Positions 39,801 to 50,400 of a DNA stretch of 64,000 nucleotides are shown here, one piece after another (positions within the stretch are counted from its first letter, which is position 1; each line of letters begins with the position of its first letter). This stretch comes from Owenia fusiformis (lineage: Eukaryota), in the NCBI GenBank assembly GCA_903813345.2, contig CAIIXF020000001.1, forward strand, positions 10,230,001 to 10,294,000. Reading direction: 5' to 3'. The notes beneath the pieces are model-generated. The model did not search any database and had not been told where the DNA came from. It was given only the letters and a program-made list of their open reading frames with translations. A program made the translations under genes and the position numbers.

Positions 39801-42800
39801 CAGAATGCCTAATGTAAAGTGAACCTCTACAAGAGGAAGACCTCTAAATGAGGTACTATACTTTACTGTACAAGTTATTTCAAATGCAAAGAAAGAATAT
39901 ATTCAGTCTAAGGAGAATTAAGAACAAGACAACACACAATATCAGCACAAGACGATGGCAATATAGTACTTTTTTAAAGTGTGATAAAAACTTACTATTT
40001 TAGGTGAGTTTTTACATGACGGATGTTGAGTTCTATTGTAGTTTGTGCCTTTTATGAACTCATCATAGTCTTGGTAGTAACAAAGTGGGCCACATAATAT
40101 ATTTTGAAATGAGAAATAATACCTGGAATTGAAAGAAAATACATTCTTAGCTCCATATATCTGATTTATATGGATATATTATATTTTCCACAAGTAAATG
40201 AAACGAGACTATGAGATATTTCAGGATATGCTTTTTATCCCATAGTTACAGGAGCAATTTAGCATATACTGGTAGAAATAACATTTGAGATTTACATTGA
40301 ATTTTTATATCATTAACAAGATGTTGTACCATATTATTATAGCCACTATTTTTTATGATTTATGACCTTATGGTATAAAGCATTGATGCTGGTAAGTGAA
40401 GAATGTGAATATAGCAAATTTCTCAAAGGAATATTGTATCATTTTGCATTAATTTATTTTTTCCAAATACAACAAGGCAACTTCCATGTTAGACCCATCC
40501 TAGCTACAGAGGTGCAGATTTGTAATGAACTACAAAAAATGATCCTACCCTAAATATTCTATTAGTGTTGGTGGTTTTGAGATTGCGTGTCGTTTCTGAT
40601 CATCTGAGAGTCTATCGGGTGATTTGTCTCTGCCATCATGGAGAGTGAACGCCACTGTGATAACCTTCTGTGTGCTGATCATGAGTGGACTGAAATATGC
40701 AAACATATAATACATTTACTGCGACTGGATCATTATGTCAATAAGGTCTTTAAATGGAACTAATCGTATATCAATTAGACTCCCTTTCTGCTAAAAATGA
40801 GATTGAAAATTTATTGATTTTCACAAATCAAGGGTTGCTTCTTTTTTAAAATCAATTATCAACACAATGCCAAAATGGAAATTGAGATTTTAATTTGGTT
40901 CAAATGGCTTCTTGAAAAGAGTAATTGTGGACCTATAAAACATTATTTGTAAAGTATAACAAATGTTGGTAAAGAGGCAAACGAAGTTGCAGCCAAAAAT
41001 GTTATTTTCACAAAAAAACAGCATTCAATTTGAAACATTGATACTTTGTATTTTATTGAAATTATGATTCACTGACATTTATTGGCCAATTACAATCAGT
41101 TTAATCTTTAAATACCCTTTGCACACGTTAGAAGCTATCATTAACTAAAGTAGTTATCATAAATTACGCAAAGTTAACATAAATTAAAAGAGATCTTTCG
41201 CTAAATTTTTATATATGAGATAACCTCTGAAAATCAATTAACATTGCGTCAAAAATGATGTCTAAATATCAGGTCAAAAGTTACAATAATAAATTGAATA
41301 CTTAACATGGTTTAATTCACATGAAAATATGAGTGTAACGAAACCAGTCATTTCTAATGTAAATATCATATTGATGATAACACAAGATGATGATTGCTTG
41401 AATAAATATAACGCCTCAAAACATACATTCATCAGAAATAATAAAATGCAAATAAACTGACCAGGTAAAATATATTGAATTGCTGTTTAGAGTCTATAGA
41501 GACAGAAAATCACAAATTAAATAATATGTGAGAGTTCTAGGAAGAAACATGGAATACTGAGTGCCCATTTATTTCATACAGCATATTTTAATATCGATCC
41601 AATATTTATAAATCAAGCAAATAAAAAAAGAACTAGGCATCTAAAATGACTGCATGTTGTCATAACAATGAGATAAAATGTTTCCTTACCCTGTTATCTC
41701 AATGGTGATGGTGGCATCATAGTCTACAATCAGTCTGTAGATGTGTACGACACACAGGTGGCCCATGGCATAGAGGAACACAACCCTACAGAGCAAGAAC
41801 ATGAAAATTTTAGAAATATTGTTTCAATATGAGAATCTTGAGGGCTCTTATTTTTCCCTGTCATGCTGTCATGTCTATCTTCTAGAAATCCAAAGTTCTT
41901 TCTTCATTCCAAGGAAATTACACATTTCAACATTCATGATTCATGTGAATTATAGCAATACAGCAATGGTTGCATTTAACACCAGACAAATAGGGACAGT
42001 ATGGACTTCTAAGATATTTTGATCCTGCTCAAGATGTAATAGATAGGTTCTTAAGGGGGAGCAACCCCACAAAAAATGTTGCGAATTATCATTATTTAAT
42101 AATTGAGTGTTTAAAACAAGGTGCAGCTCTTGACAAATACCTTGACATTTATGTGAAATAAACAAAATTTTATCTTCTTTAATCAAAGGTTCAAATTAAT
42201 ATTTGGAGGTGTGTATAGTTAGTAGGAGTAATAAAGTAAATAAATGGGGATGGGTTCAAAATACATGTATCAGAAACAAAGATACAATGAGGTCACAAAT
42301 AGAGAATCAGAATACCCTTTGCATTCGTTTGACTTCACTTCTTAAAAGAGAGCTTCGTCTTCACTCTTTCAAACTAAAATAAACCTGTGAACTCACCGCG
42401 CCAATCAGTGTTCGTCGGCCAAATTTGACCGACGTTCTATATATGGTCATTCCTTCTGACGTCATCGTTGAGCCCGGAATTGACCAATGACATGCGCATA
42501 TTTAATTAGAACGCATTTGGCGTATGTTTGTTCAGGCTCGCTGAATGGTGGAAGAAAGGTCAGCGCATAGGTCAGAAGTGATTTATATTATTAGCCAAAC
42601 TGTCACCGGTACCCGTCGTGGGGGCGGGGCTACTAAACTGTAATATGGTCTCTACTAGGCAGAGTGTAGTTTAACTAGACTCTGCACGCAGGGTAGAATC
42701 AGAACAAAGGGTTTTATACTAATTGCAATATATTGAACCCCTTAAACAGCTTTCCAATTAGTAATAAATGACCAATAGTTTATTTCTGAGCTTAAATCTC

Positions 42801-45800
42801 CATTGATATCTAGCTGAGGTATGGTTAAATATTAACTGACAACACTCATGTACTTATGGTGCTAATCACAGATGTAAACATTCATAACTGTCATATTCCA
42901 GATTCTATTATGGTATTCTACAGCTATATAAATATCTAGTTAGCCATTTTAATTTATCAGAGTCCCTCTTGTTATCTCCAGCCTCGCTTACTGAGATACT
43001 AGAGGATGTTGGACCCATAATGGTGGAAAGCCCAAGTTAATTAACCGGTTATTTATTCCACTTTGCCCCTTTTACCATTCTGATACTCATCACATCTTTC
43101 TGCCTTCAACTAGAAATATCAATCTATAGAGAAGCCACTAGAAGGCCATGATTTCTCATGATGCTCTTTTACAGATTTTGTTCTATTCAAATATTGAAAT
43201 ACATGAACAACTCACCGGGATTGAGTTGGGATGTAACATTTTTACATTCTCGATTAACTAAATATCATGACCTGGTCATCGTAACTAGGGATCACATGTT
43301 TAAGTACAATATATTTGTTGTAAAGGTTTAGGTGTTCAAGTTCATGGGATGTGACACGAGTATTTCTTTAACTCTGATTTCTACATATGAACATCATCCA
43401 CAAAAAAGTTGGAGACGACAACTACTTCTGGTGGTGACATAAAAATGAGCGCAATACAAAGAGTTTAGATAAAGGTACTAATCTAAACCATAAATCTTAA
43501 TAATAACTACTGTACTTCTACTTAATTTGGCGGATTTGTTGTTTTTAATATTTGGCGACTACTTAATTTGGCGGACTTGCAATATTTAAATGTGTATACC
43601 TGACCATACAAACTTATGATTGAAGTATGAAATATTGAATTGGTGGGCTACTTAATTTTTGCAGACTTTTGAGCTTTGTTTTAACTTACTTGCGAATGGC
43701 CTCTGGAGGAAAGTACAGGATAATAGCATAGGAAACCAAGGCCTGTGTAATAAGATGGAAGGAATGTCTGAAAGTAAATGTTGCAACAAGAGATATATAT
43801 TATATTACAATTCATAATTCCATGATGGTTATAACTAATAATTCTATGATGACTGACTCATGTGAAATCAATACACCTTGAATTTATGTCATGTATATAT
43901 GCTGACATCATTTGTATCACATGTTAACATCATCTGTATCACACGATGATACCATTTGTATCACATGATTCATTGCTCACATCGTCATTTTGAAAAAACT
44001 GTTTAAGAAAGCATATCTTATGAGTCTAACATAATAGAATATAAACACTATTTAATGATTTTTTATAAAATATTATCTTCCTTTTATTCCATCATTGAAT
44101 ATTTGGATATTGAAGTAAATGTACCTCATTTGAAATACTTGACTCTGATTGGTCAAACATAAGTCAATTGTTTTGACTATTGACCATGCAATTTGCATTG
44201 TCGTTGATACAAAATATGACATCATAATAATACTAAATCAGAAGGAAAGGCTACGGAACATGATGAAAATGAAAATTATGTGTTAAATAATACACAATAT
44301 CTATACTTGTAGATATGAGATCATTTTAACTGAAATGTCTGTTTAGCACTGCTTGGATCAGTACCATCCTTGACATCCCCAAACCTCCCCTTTTCAAATG
44401 CAAATTCTGTTAAACAGACAATTAGTCTATATGGACCTTATATAAAGCTGGACTTACATGCCATGGCAGAACCAGAGGATGATGATGCCTCCACTGAAAG
44501 CTGTGATGTGGCGAGTGTCTGTGCTGACCTTACTATGGTGCAAGAATCGCCTGAACAGGAAGGCAAACACCAAACAAATCACCTGGCCAACGAGGAAGTT
44601 CAGCTAGAAATAAAAATATTTGACTTGGAATAAAACTGCTATCAAAACCATTATATAGTACTTTCTTTTCACAGTTTCCTTTTGTTTACACTGCCCATAA
44701 TTTACCTGTAGATGCTCGGAGGAGGTAACTGACTGACTTAAATCAACTTCATGGTTGAGTGGACAAATATTAGTTAATGTACAACATATTACATATATAT
44801 GTATGTGAATTTGTAGGGCCAAATAGACAGATTTTAGGTAAAATTAGCAATATTTGTGCAACACATGCAATTTTCAAGCTCCAACTGAAGATCTGAGTGC
44901 CCTATCCCCCTAAAAATAAAAATTTATAACCTCCCTTAAAACCTCAAGAGCTGCCTTAAGTCAAGACTGGAGTTGATAAAATAGAGAATCTAATGATCAA
45001 AAATAGAGAAATAACAAATTACATCTTGGAGTAAATGTAATTATAGTCTACCCTGGGCAAAATACTCAGATTTCAGAGTTTGAACTTTTGGAGTTTGAAA
45101 CTCTCAAATGAGTAAGGTCTCATTTATTAAATACTCCATGTCCAATACTATAACATAAAAAGTTGGATTTAAAGGAGAAACAATAATTTGGATAAATATA
45201 TATACCAAATAGGATAATATACTATTTTCATTGACATCATACTTGGTAAGTCTTAAACTATACTCATAATAATCGTAGATTCAGATCATGTTTGGTTATA
45301 GTTTTCAGTACCACAAGAACAAGATGAGTCACACATTTTTTATGATACCCCATTCGGAGTCTGGCACATAGAATCTATTTAACATGGTTAAGATTTCATA
45401 TCAGTACAGTATACATTACCATTAATTATTGATGTATACTAGACTGATAACTGTATGAGGTGACATAAAGCCAGTCACTTGATTTGAAGGGGGAGGGGGA
45501 CTGAACTTCTGTCAGACAGAATTCGCTGGGTGTTTCAGCAAAGTTTGACAATCTAAAGTCACTTATTTGAAAGTGAAAATACCTAAACCTGATCTTACAC
45601 ACAGTTGTTGTCTTTATTTAGTCAAAAAAAATTTGAAAATAAAATATTGCCAATCTTAACAATATGAGATCTATTGTCCAATGATTGCTAGAAGCTGTAT
45701 AGCATTGTTTTATTAATTTATCTTTAATTTGGCTATTGTGACATATGTGATATTGAGCTCAGTAGAAGAGGTTTTTATAATCATAGTTCTCAAAGAAAAC

Positions 45801-47148
45801 ATGTTTCAAGGAACACTATGTCATGCATCAGACTGCAATACATATTGGTTGCTATTAAATGATGCTAATATCCACCATACAGGTTTAAAATTTCACCATC
45901 ATATGAGGCACACAATTCATTTGACCAAACATCATAGTTAGTAAAGTACTCGTGCAGTCAGTAACCAATGGCTGGTTGTTTACCCATAGCCCTAATTTTC
46001 AATAATAACAATTAATTATGTTAGATCTGACAATAACCTGACCAATAACACGGGTAGTAACCAGACCTTGTGATATTGTGAGCTTGCCAAGGCAGTATAG
46101 GGGCTAATTTCTGTGTAAGAAAAATGCAAATTCTGCGCAGAAATTCAGCATGGAAAAGTCAAATTATGCGCCAAAATATGCATGAAATCCAGAATTTTGA
46201 GTTAAATTCTGCAAACAATCGCTTCATCTGAACTATCACGAAATTCTAGGAAATTCAAATTTCATGTCATTTTAGACGTAATCGTTAAGTGCAAAAGCCG
46301 GAAGTTGGAGATTTTAAACAGATTCCACATTTCCCCTTTGAAATCCTCATAACATAAGTTTCTGATGCTAAATGACTATCTAAGGTGTCAAGGTGAGTGA
46401 AAAATATGAGATGAGGTGGTTGAGTGTAAAAATCAAGTTTTACACAAAATTCTGTACCAAAAAAATTTGAAAAACAAATTTCTGCAATTTTTCTGCGGCA
46501 ACACAGAATCACAGAATTCTAGTATCTGCGATTATGTACTAACGAGCTAAGCACCAGCAGTATGTTCAGCTCAACATGAATCCTCAAATGCTCATGGTAT
46601 GTTGATGTCTGGTTAGTTTCCATGCAATGACATCATCCAATGAATGCATTCAACATCTGAAATTGTGGTGTGAATGTTTGACTTGCAAACTATTTGGGTT
46701 TGTGTGGAAAAAGATTTGAAGCACAAGAATCATAGGCCTGGGAACATGTATACAAAAAATTGAATCGAATGCACCAAGTAAAGCTTTTATGCCGAAGTGT
46801 GAACAACCAAAATCATGGAATTCATCGAACTCACATGGTAGTACATTGGAATAGAATGATAAAGACTATAGCAATGTCATGAATGGGAATTCATTTGAAA
46901 ATATTCAGTATTTAGGAATTCCAAGTTGATGTTTCACACTCAACAAACTCAAACTGCAAAAATTTACTGAAGAATCGGACGGTTTTCTAGATAAAGGAGA
47001 TTGTTTTCCACAATTAAAATACACCATGCACTAGAAGTAGTATTCATTATTGTAAATAACATAAATTCATACTTACTTCATCAATGGAGATGCCTATAAA
47101 TTGGTTGTAACCTAGGAGAAACCGACTTCCTGGATAAATTGGACTCAT
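33736..47148 (-). CDS. MBOAT1/2: MBOAT-family lysophospholipid acyltransferase, MBOAT1/MBOAT2 (oysgedart)-like, divergent paralog A; about 491 aa. Exons 47077-47148, 44458-44603, 43690-43767, 41690-41785, 40549-40689, 39996-40122, 37938-38028, [37239-37340 or 37026-37127], 35220-35323, 34610-34819, 34122-34273, 33736-33892
   Basis: All exons are GT-AG and phase-compatible, 1476 nt from ATG to TAG with one copy of exon 8. Motifs: GPLMISTQK, HDGR, CGP, KYYFA, NASGLGFNGYD, WDL, SWNIQ (conserved Asn), SAVWHGFYPGYY (catalytic His). Confidence 0.93.
34122..34273 (-). CDS. MBOAT1/2: MBOAT paralog A exon 11
   Basis: tcttattaag|LRRLVRHHFTDNKHTKLGYDIFTWCLTQFGISYWILPFPVQKFWPSIHFF|gtgagt; 152 nt. Confidence 0.9.
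34610..34819 (-). CDS. MBOAT1/2: MBOAT paralog A exon 10 (active-site Asn and His)
   Basis: ttttcag|LATSTKEIVDSWNIQCALWFRR...SAVWHGFYPGYYLSF...EASRK|gtaagg; 210 nt. Confidence 0.95.
35220..35323 (-). CDS. MBOAT1/2: MBOAT paralog A exon 9
   Basis: ttttttag|EAISNASGLGFNGYDETGKAHWDLVSPFRLMKME|gtacaa; 104 nt. Confidence 0.9.
37026..37127 (-). CDS. MBOAT1/2: MBOAT paralog A exon 8b (duplicated exon, copy 2)
   Basis: attttag|PEFMRSHSRPFRTIYLFVSYTIAKHKYYFAMLS|gtatgt; 102 nt, phase 1-1. Confidence 0.8.
37239..37340 (-). CDS. MBOAT1/2: MBOAT paralog A exon 8a (duplicated exon, copy 1)
   Basis: attttag|PEFKRSHSLPFRCVFLFLSYNVAKHKYYFAMLL|gtatgt; 102 nt, phase 1-1. Confidence 0.8.
37938..38028 (-). CDS. 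MBOAT1/2: MBOAT paralog A exon 7
   Basis: cttgtag|FEVMRKVALICIFAGSFHLIVPIVPIVRNV|gtaagt; 91 nt. Confidence 0.85.
39996..40122 (-). CDS. MBOAT1/2: MBOAT paralog A exon 6
   Basis: attccag|YYFSFQNILCGPLCYYQDYDEFIKGTNYNRTQHPSCKNSPKI|gtaagt; 127 nt. Confidence 0.9.
40549..40689 (-). CDS. MBOAT1/2: MBOAT paralog A exon 5
   Basis: atttcag|PLMISTQKVITVAFTLHDGRDKSPDRLSDDQKRHAISKPPTLIEYLG|gtagga; 141 nt. Confidence 0.9.
41690..41785 (-). CDS. MBOAT1/2: MBOAT paralog A exon 4
   Basis: tctgtag|VVFLYAMGHLCVVHIYRLIVDYDATITIEITG|gtaagg; 96 nt. Confidence 0.9.
42055..42741. mobile_element. Possible Kolobok-type element
   Basis: TTAA|gggg ... cccc|TTAA ends only; TIR very short. Confidence 0.3.
43690..43767 (-). 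CDS. MBOAT1/2: MBOAT paralog A exon 3
   Basis: ctttcag|HSFHLITQALVSYAIILYFPPEAIR|gtaagt; 78 nt. Confidence 0.9.
44458..44603 (-). CDS. MBOAT1/2: MBOAT paralog A exon 2
   Basis: tttctag|LNFLVGQVICLVFAFLFRRFLHHSKVSTDTRHITAFSGGIIILWFCHG|gtaagt; 146 nt. Confidence 0.9.
47077..47148 (-). CDS. MBOAT1/2: MBOAT paralog A exon 1
   Basis: MSPIYPGSRFLLGYNQFIGISIDE|gtaagt. Confidence 0.85.
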
Positions 47149-47344
47149 CTTGAATTTGAAGAAGTGAATGATTATTTAAAATTTTCTTCATATTTCGCTA
47201 CTAAAAATTAGATTGTGTTCACATTTTGCAAACACAAATTTGAAAGAATTATTGATATGGTTTTAAAGTAGATATTAAAGGAAAATGATATTATATTTTT
47301 AGAAAATATTCTAGAATATTCACTGCGGCCCTAGTTCCTTAAAA
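47149..47344. promoter_or_regulatory. 196-bp interval between the divergent MBOAT start codons; putative shared bidirectional promoter or overlapping 5' UTRs
   Basis: Lies between the minus-strand ATG (47148) and the plus-strand ATG (47345); AT-rich; contains an HSE consensus. Confidence 0.5.
47308..47322. promoter_or_regulatory. Heat-shock element (HSF site) consensus, three contiguous inverted nGAAn units
   Basis: aTTCt-aGAAt-aTTCa overlapping the 16-bp palindrome AATATTCTAGAATATT (47305-47320); motif match only. Confidence 0.4.
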
Positions 47345-47419
47345 ATGGCAGACGAATGGTTTGCAGGATCTCGCCTTTTACATCCTCTTGTAGCCGTCAT
47401 AAACCTACCTCTTGATCAG
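47345..47419 (+). CDS. MBOAT1/2: MBOAT paralog B exon 1
   Basis: aaaaATGG start context; MADEWFAGSRLLHPLVAVINLPLDQ|gtacgt. Confidence 0.9.
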
Positions 47420-50400
47420 GTACGTGGTAAATATTTTCTTGATATATCTATCAATATCTTGATACCCAATATATGTTTACTGATTTAAGATTTAGAATTT
47501 CTAATAAAAAAATTTAGAAATGAGAACATATGATGATGAACAACATCATGATCACTCATGCCACTGGCTGGTGTGGTTTATAAGGTGTGGGGTGGGTTAT
47601 AGGCATCTACTGAACTAAGGGGCATAGCCAGGTATTACCAAGGGGGGTTCTCTTCACAATTAAGGAGGCCAGGTTCGAGCCGAAGGGTTGGGGTGGTTGC
47701 ACGATGGAAATGGTTTCAAATTAGGAATATAACATGCGCATTCTCAAATAGCAAGTGTAAATGTGATATTTATTGTTCATGCAATAATAGTCATCTTTCT
47801 GAAAAGGGGGTTGTTTCTGGCGGGGGTTCATTTTTTAAGGAAAGGAGGATTGACACGAGCCCCACTAACCCCCTCTCACTACGCCTATGGAGCAGGTTAT
47901 ACTATCAGGCTACAAACTTGATTTGTAACTGTCAAGTTTAAATTGCCTGAAAGAACATAAAATGTAAAAATTGTTTTGATTTGATTGCTGAATGAACTGA
48001 CGAGATTTAGTATTTGATTGGATAATTGAGATAATGGGTTGGCTGAGTTGACGAGCATGAAACTGATTCGACGGGTAACAGAAAATGAAATGACAGTGTG
48101 ACAGGGACCAAATACTGAGATGACGACACTATTATTCACACTTTTGGCTTTTTTTATACCGCTTTATGATGGCAGATAATTTAGGCTTTTATTGTTGTAA
48201 TTTGTAAGTTAAGGTCAGGGTGCATGATGGGAAATTTTCTGCATTCCTCAATTGAGTCACATGTTATTTTTCAAACAAGAATCACTCCTTCCCTTCATTG
48301 TCTATATCTTCCAGTTTTGCACAAAGAGTGCACTTCTGTGCCTAGAAAAGACTTGTGAGAAGAATGTTTTGATAAAGTGTATAAAAAACAAGAAAATTCA
48401 GTGAAAAAAATCAGAAAATTTTCAGAAATTTTTTTCACTGAATTTTCTCATTTTTTATACATTTTACAAAACAAACCTTCTCACAAGGCTTTTCTAGGCA
48501 CAGAAGTGCATTCTTTGTGCAAACTTGGAAGATGTAGACAATGTGGGGAAGGAGTGATTCATGTTTGAAAAATAACATGTGACTCAATTGAGGAATGCAG
48601 AAAATTTCCCAACATGCACCCTGTCCTTAGTAGAAAAATTTCGTATTAACTGCGAAATTTTAATTGTGAAATCTAAGGAAATCACTTTTTGTCTTAAAAG
48701 TTCCAGTTTTTCAATTTTTAAAATATTCAATGTTCAGTGCTTCGGCTGGCTTTAGCCAAGTATTCAGTAAGGTGGGGGATAAAGCCATCCATTTAAAGAT
48801 GAATCTCTAGCTGTTTATCTTTAAATGGAAATAGGAGTCGGGATTTACATTTTTAGTAGATTTACATTTTCTTTGCCTTGGACTTTGGAGGTTTTTACTG
48901 GATTGATCCCTAACTGAACATTTATGATTAATTGATTAGTGATTAGTAATAACCATCCGTTTTCTTAAACATAGTATTATAGTATGTGCCAAATCTCTTC
49001 CAAAGTGGCTTAGTTAGTCTAAACTGATGTTGAGGTAGATTACTAAGAAGTGGCCCATAGTCATTAAAGATTGGTTCATTGACTTTTCATTTTCACTTGT
49101 CTGCAGTTAATTAGGTGACACGAAAGGGCTAAACGGCTTGCCCCAAGGTGCAACCGTCAAAAATATGAGTTTGAAAAAAATCATGTTTTTCAAATAATAG
49201 CAGTGAGTAAATGAAATAGGGGGCATATTTGATATTGATATGTATGATAGTCTATTTGGGTGTGGTCATTTTTATTAAAAACAATAATGGTGAAGAATTA
49301 TACATTACTGACCTTGAAATGCCATTTTAATTCAAAAGTAACTGTTGATAATATTCCTATTTTACTTATTCTATGTTTTCTAAATGTTTCAATTACCATT
49401 ATGTTAGTTTTTGGCAAAGTAAATAATTATAGGGGTCACACAAGGATCCACTTTATTTAGAACTTTTTCAAATTTAGTGATGTTTTCAAAAAAATACCTA
49501 GTTTAACACAATTTTGTTTGTTAGATATTAAATAAAATGATGGTATTGTGTTTGTTTCATTGTTTCAACTAAAAATCACAATTCATTGCTCTTGCTCTTA
49601 GAGCTGCAGGGCATATACCAGTTAAAAAAGTGTTCAATAATGTTGATCCTTGTGTGAGCCCTATGATTATTTACTTTGCCAAAAATGAATATAACGATTA
49701 TTCAGATATATAAAAATCCTTTAATTAGGAATACAATGATTGACTTTTGAATAAAAAGGCATTATACATGTGCATATATAATATGTAGTTGTTGCAGTAA
49801 AATTACCAAACCAAAGTGGACTATCTTTCCAAATATTAATAGCAAATGGGCCTTCTATTTGCATTTTACTGAAATTATTTGTAACAAAAGTTTATTGTGA
49901 TAAAGCAGGCAGTGATTTTGATACTTTTTTAGCTTGGAGACAGTGATCTAGTCGAGACAACATCTTGTAGTAGTGGGTGTAACAGTGATGAGGCAGGAAT
50001 TGATTTTATAAATGCAACTTTTGACAATTCCATTATTGATGGTTTATCTAACAGTTAGCCATTTTGTCCAACATTCTGCTTGTACGCCAAATTAAAAGAT
50101 ACTGATTTGCATCACATCAAATTTGATTTGTTCACCGATGTTTGTCAGAGTGATACATGTAGCAGCTGCACTCGACTGATATGCAGCAAGATACTTGTAT
50201 ATGTGAGCTTTCATTGCAACATTTACATTTAGAACAGTTACAATTTTACTTAGTCTGATAGAAAATTAAATAATTGAAGTATATTTCTTTGAGTTTATTC
50301 AATTTGAACATTACTTTTACAATACAGATACCTTCGTTTTGAAACATTAGCAGCAAACGGTCAGTTTTCAACTTTGAATATTTCATTTTTGTTCATAAAA

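Noticed and set aside
38029-39995. Possible micro-exon in paralog A intron 6
   Set aside because: The flanking exons already join in phase 0 and supply the SP..V..K motif; no well-bounded candidate was found.
44370-44633. Plus-strand 87-aa acidic ORF
   Set aside because: It is the antisense shadow of paralog A exon 2.
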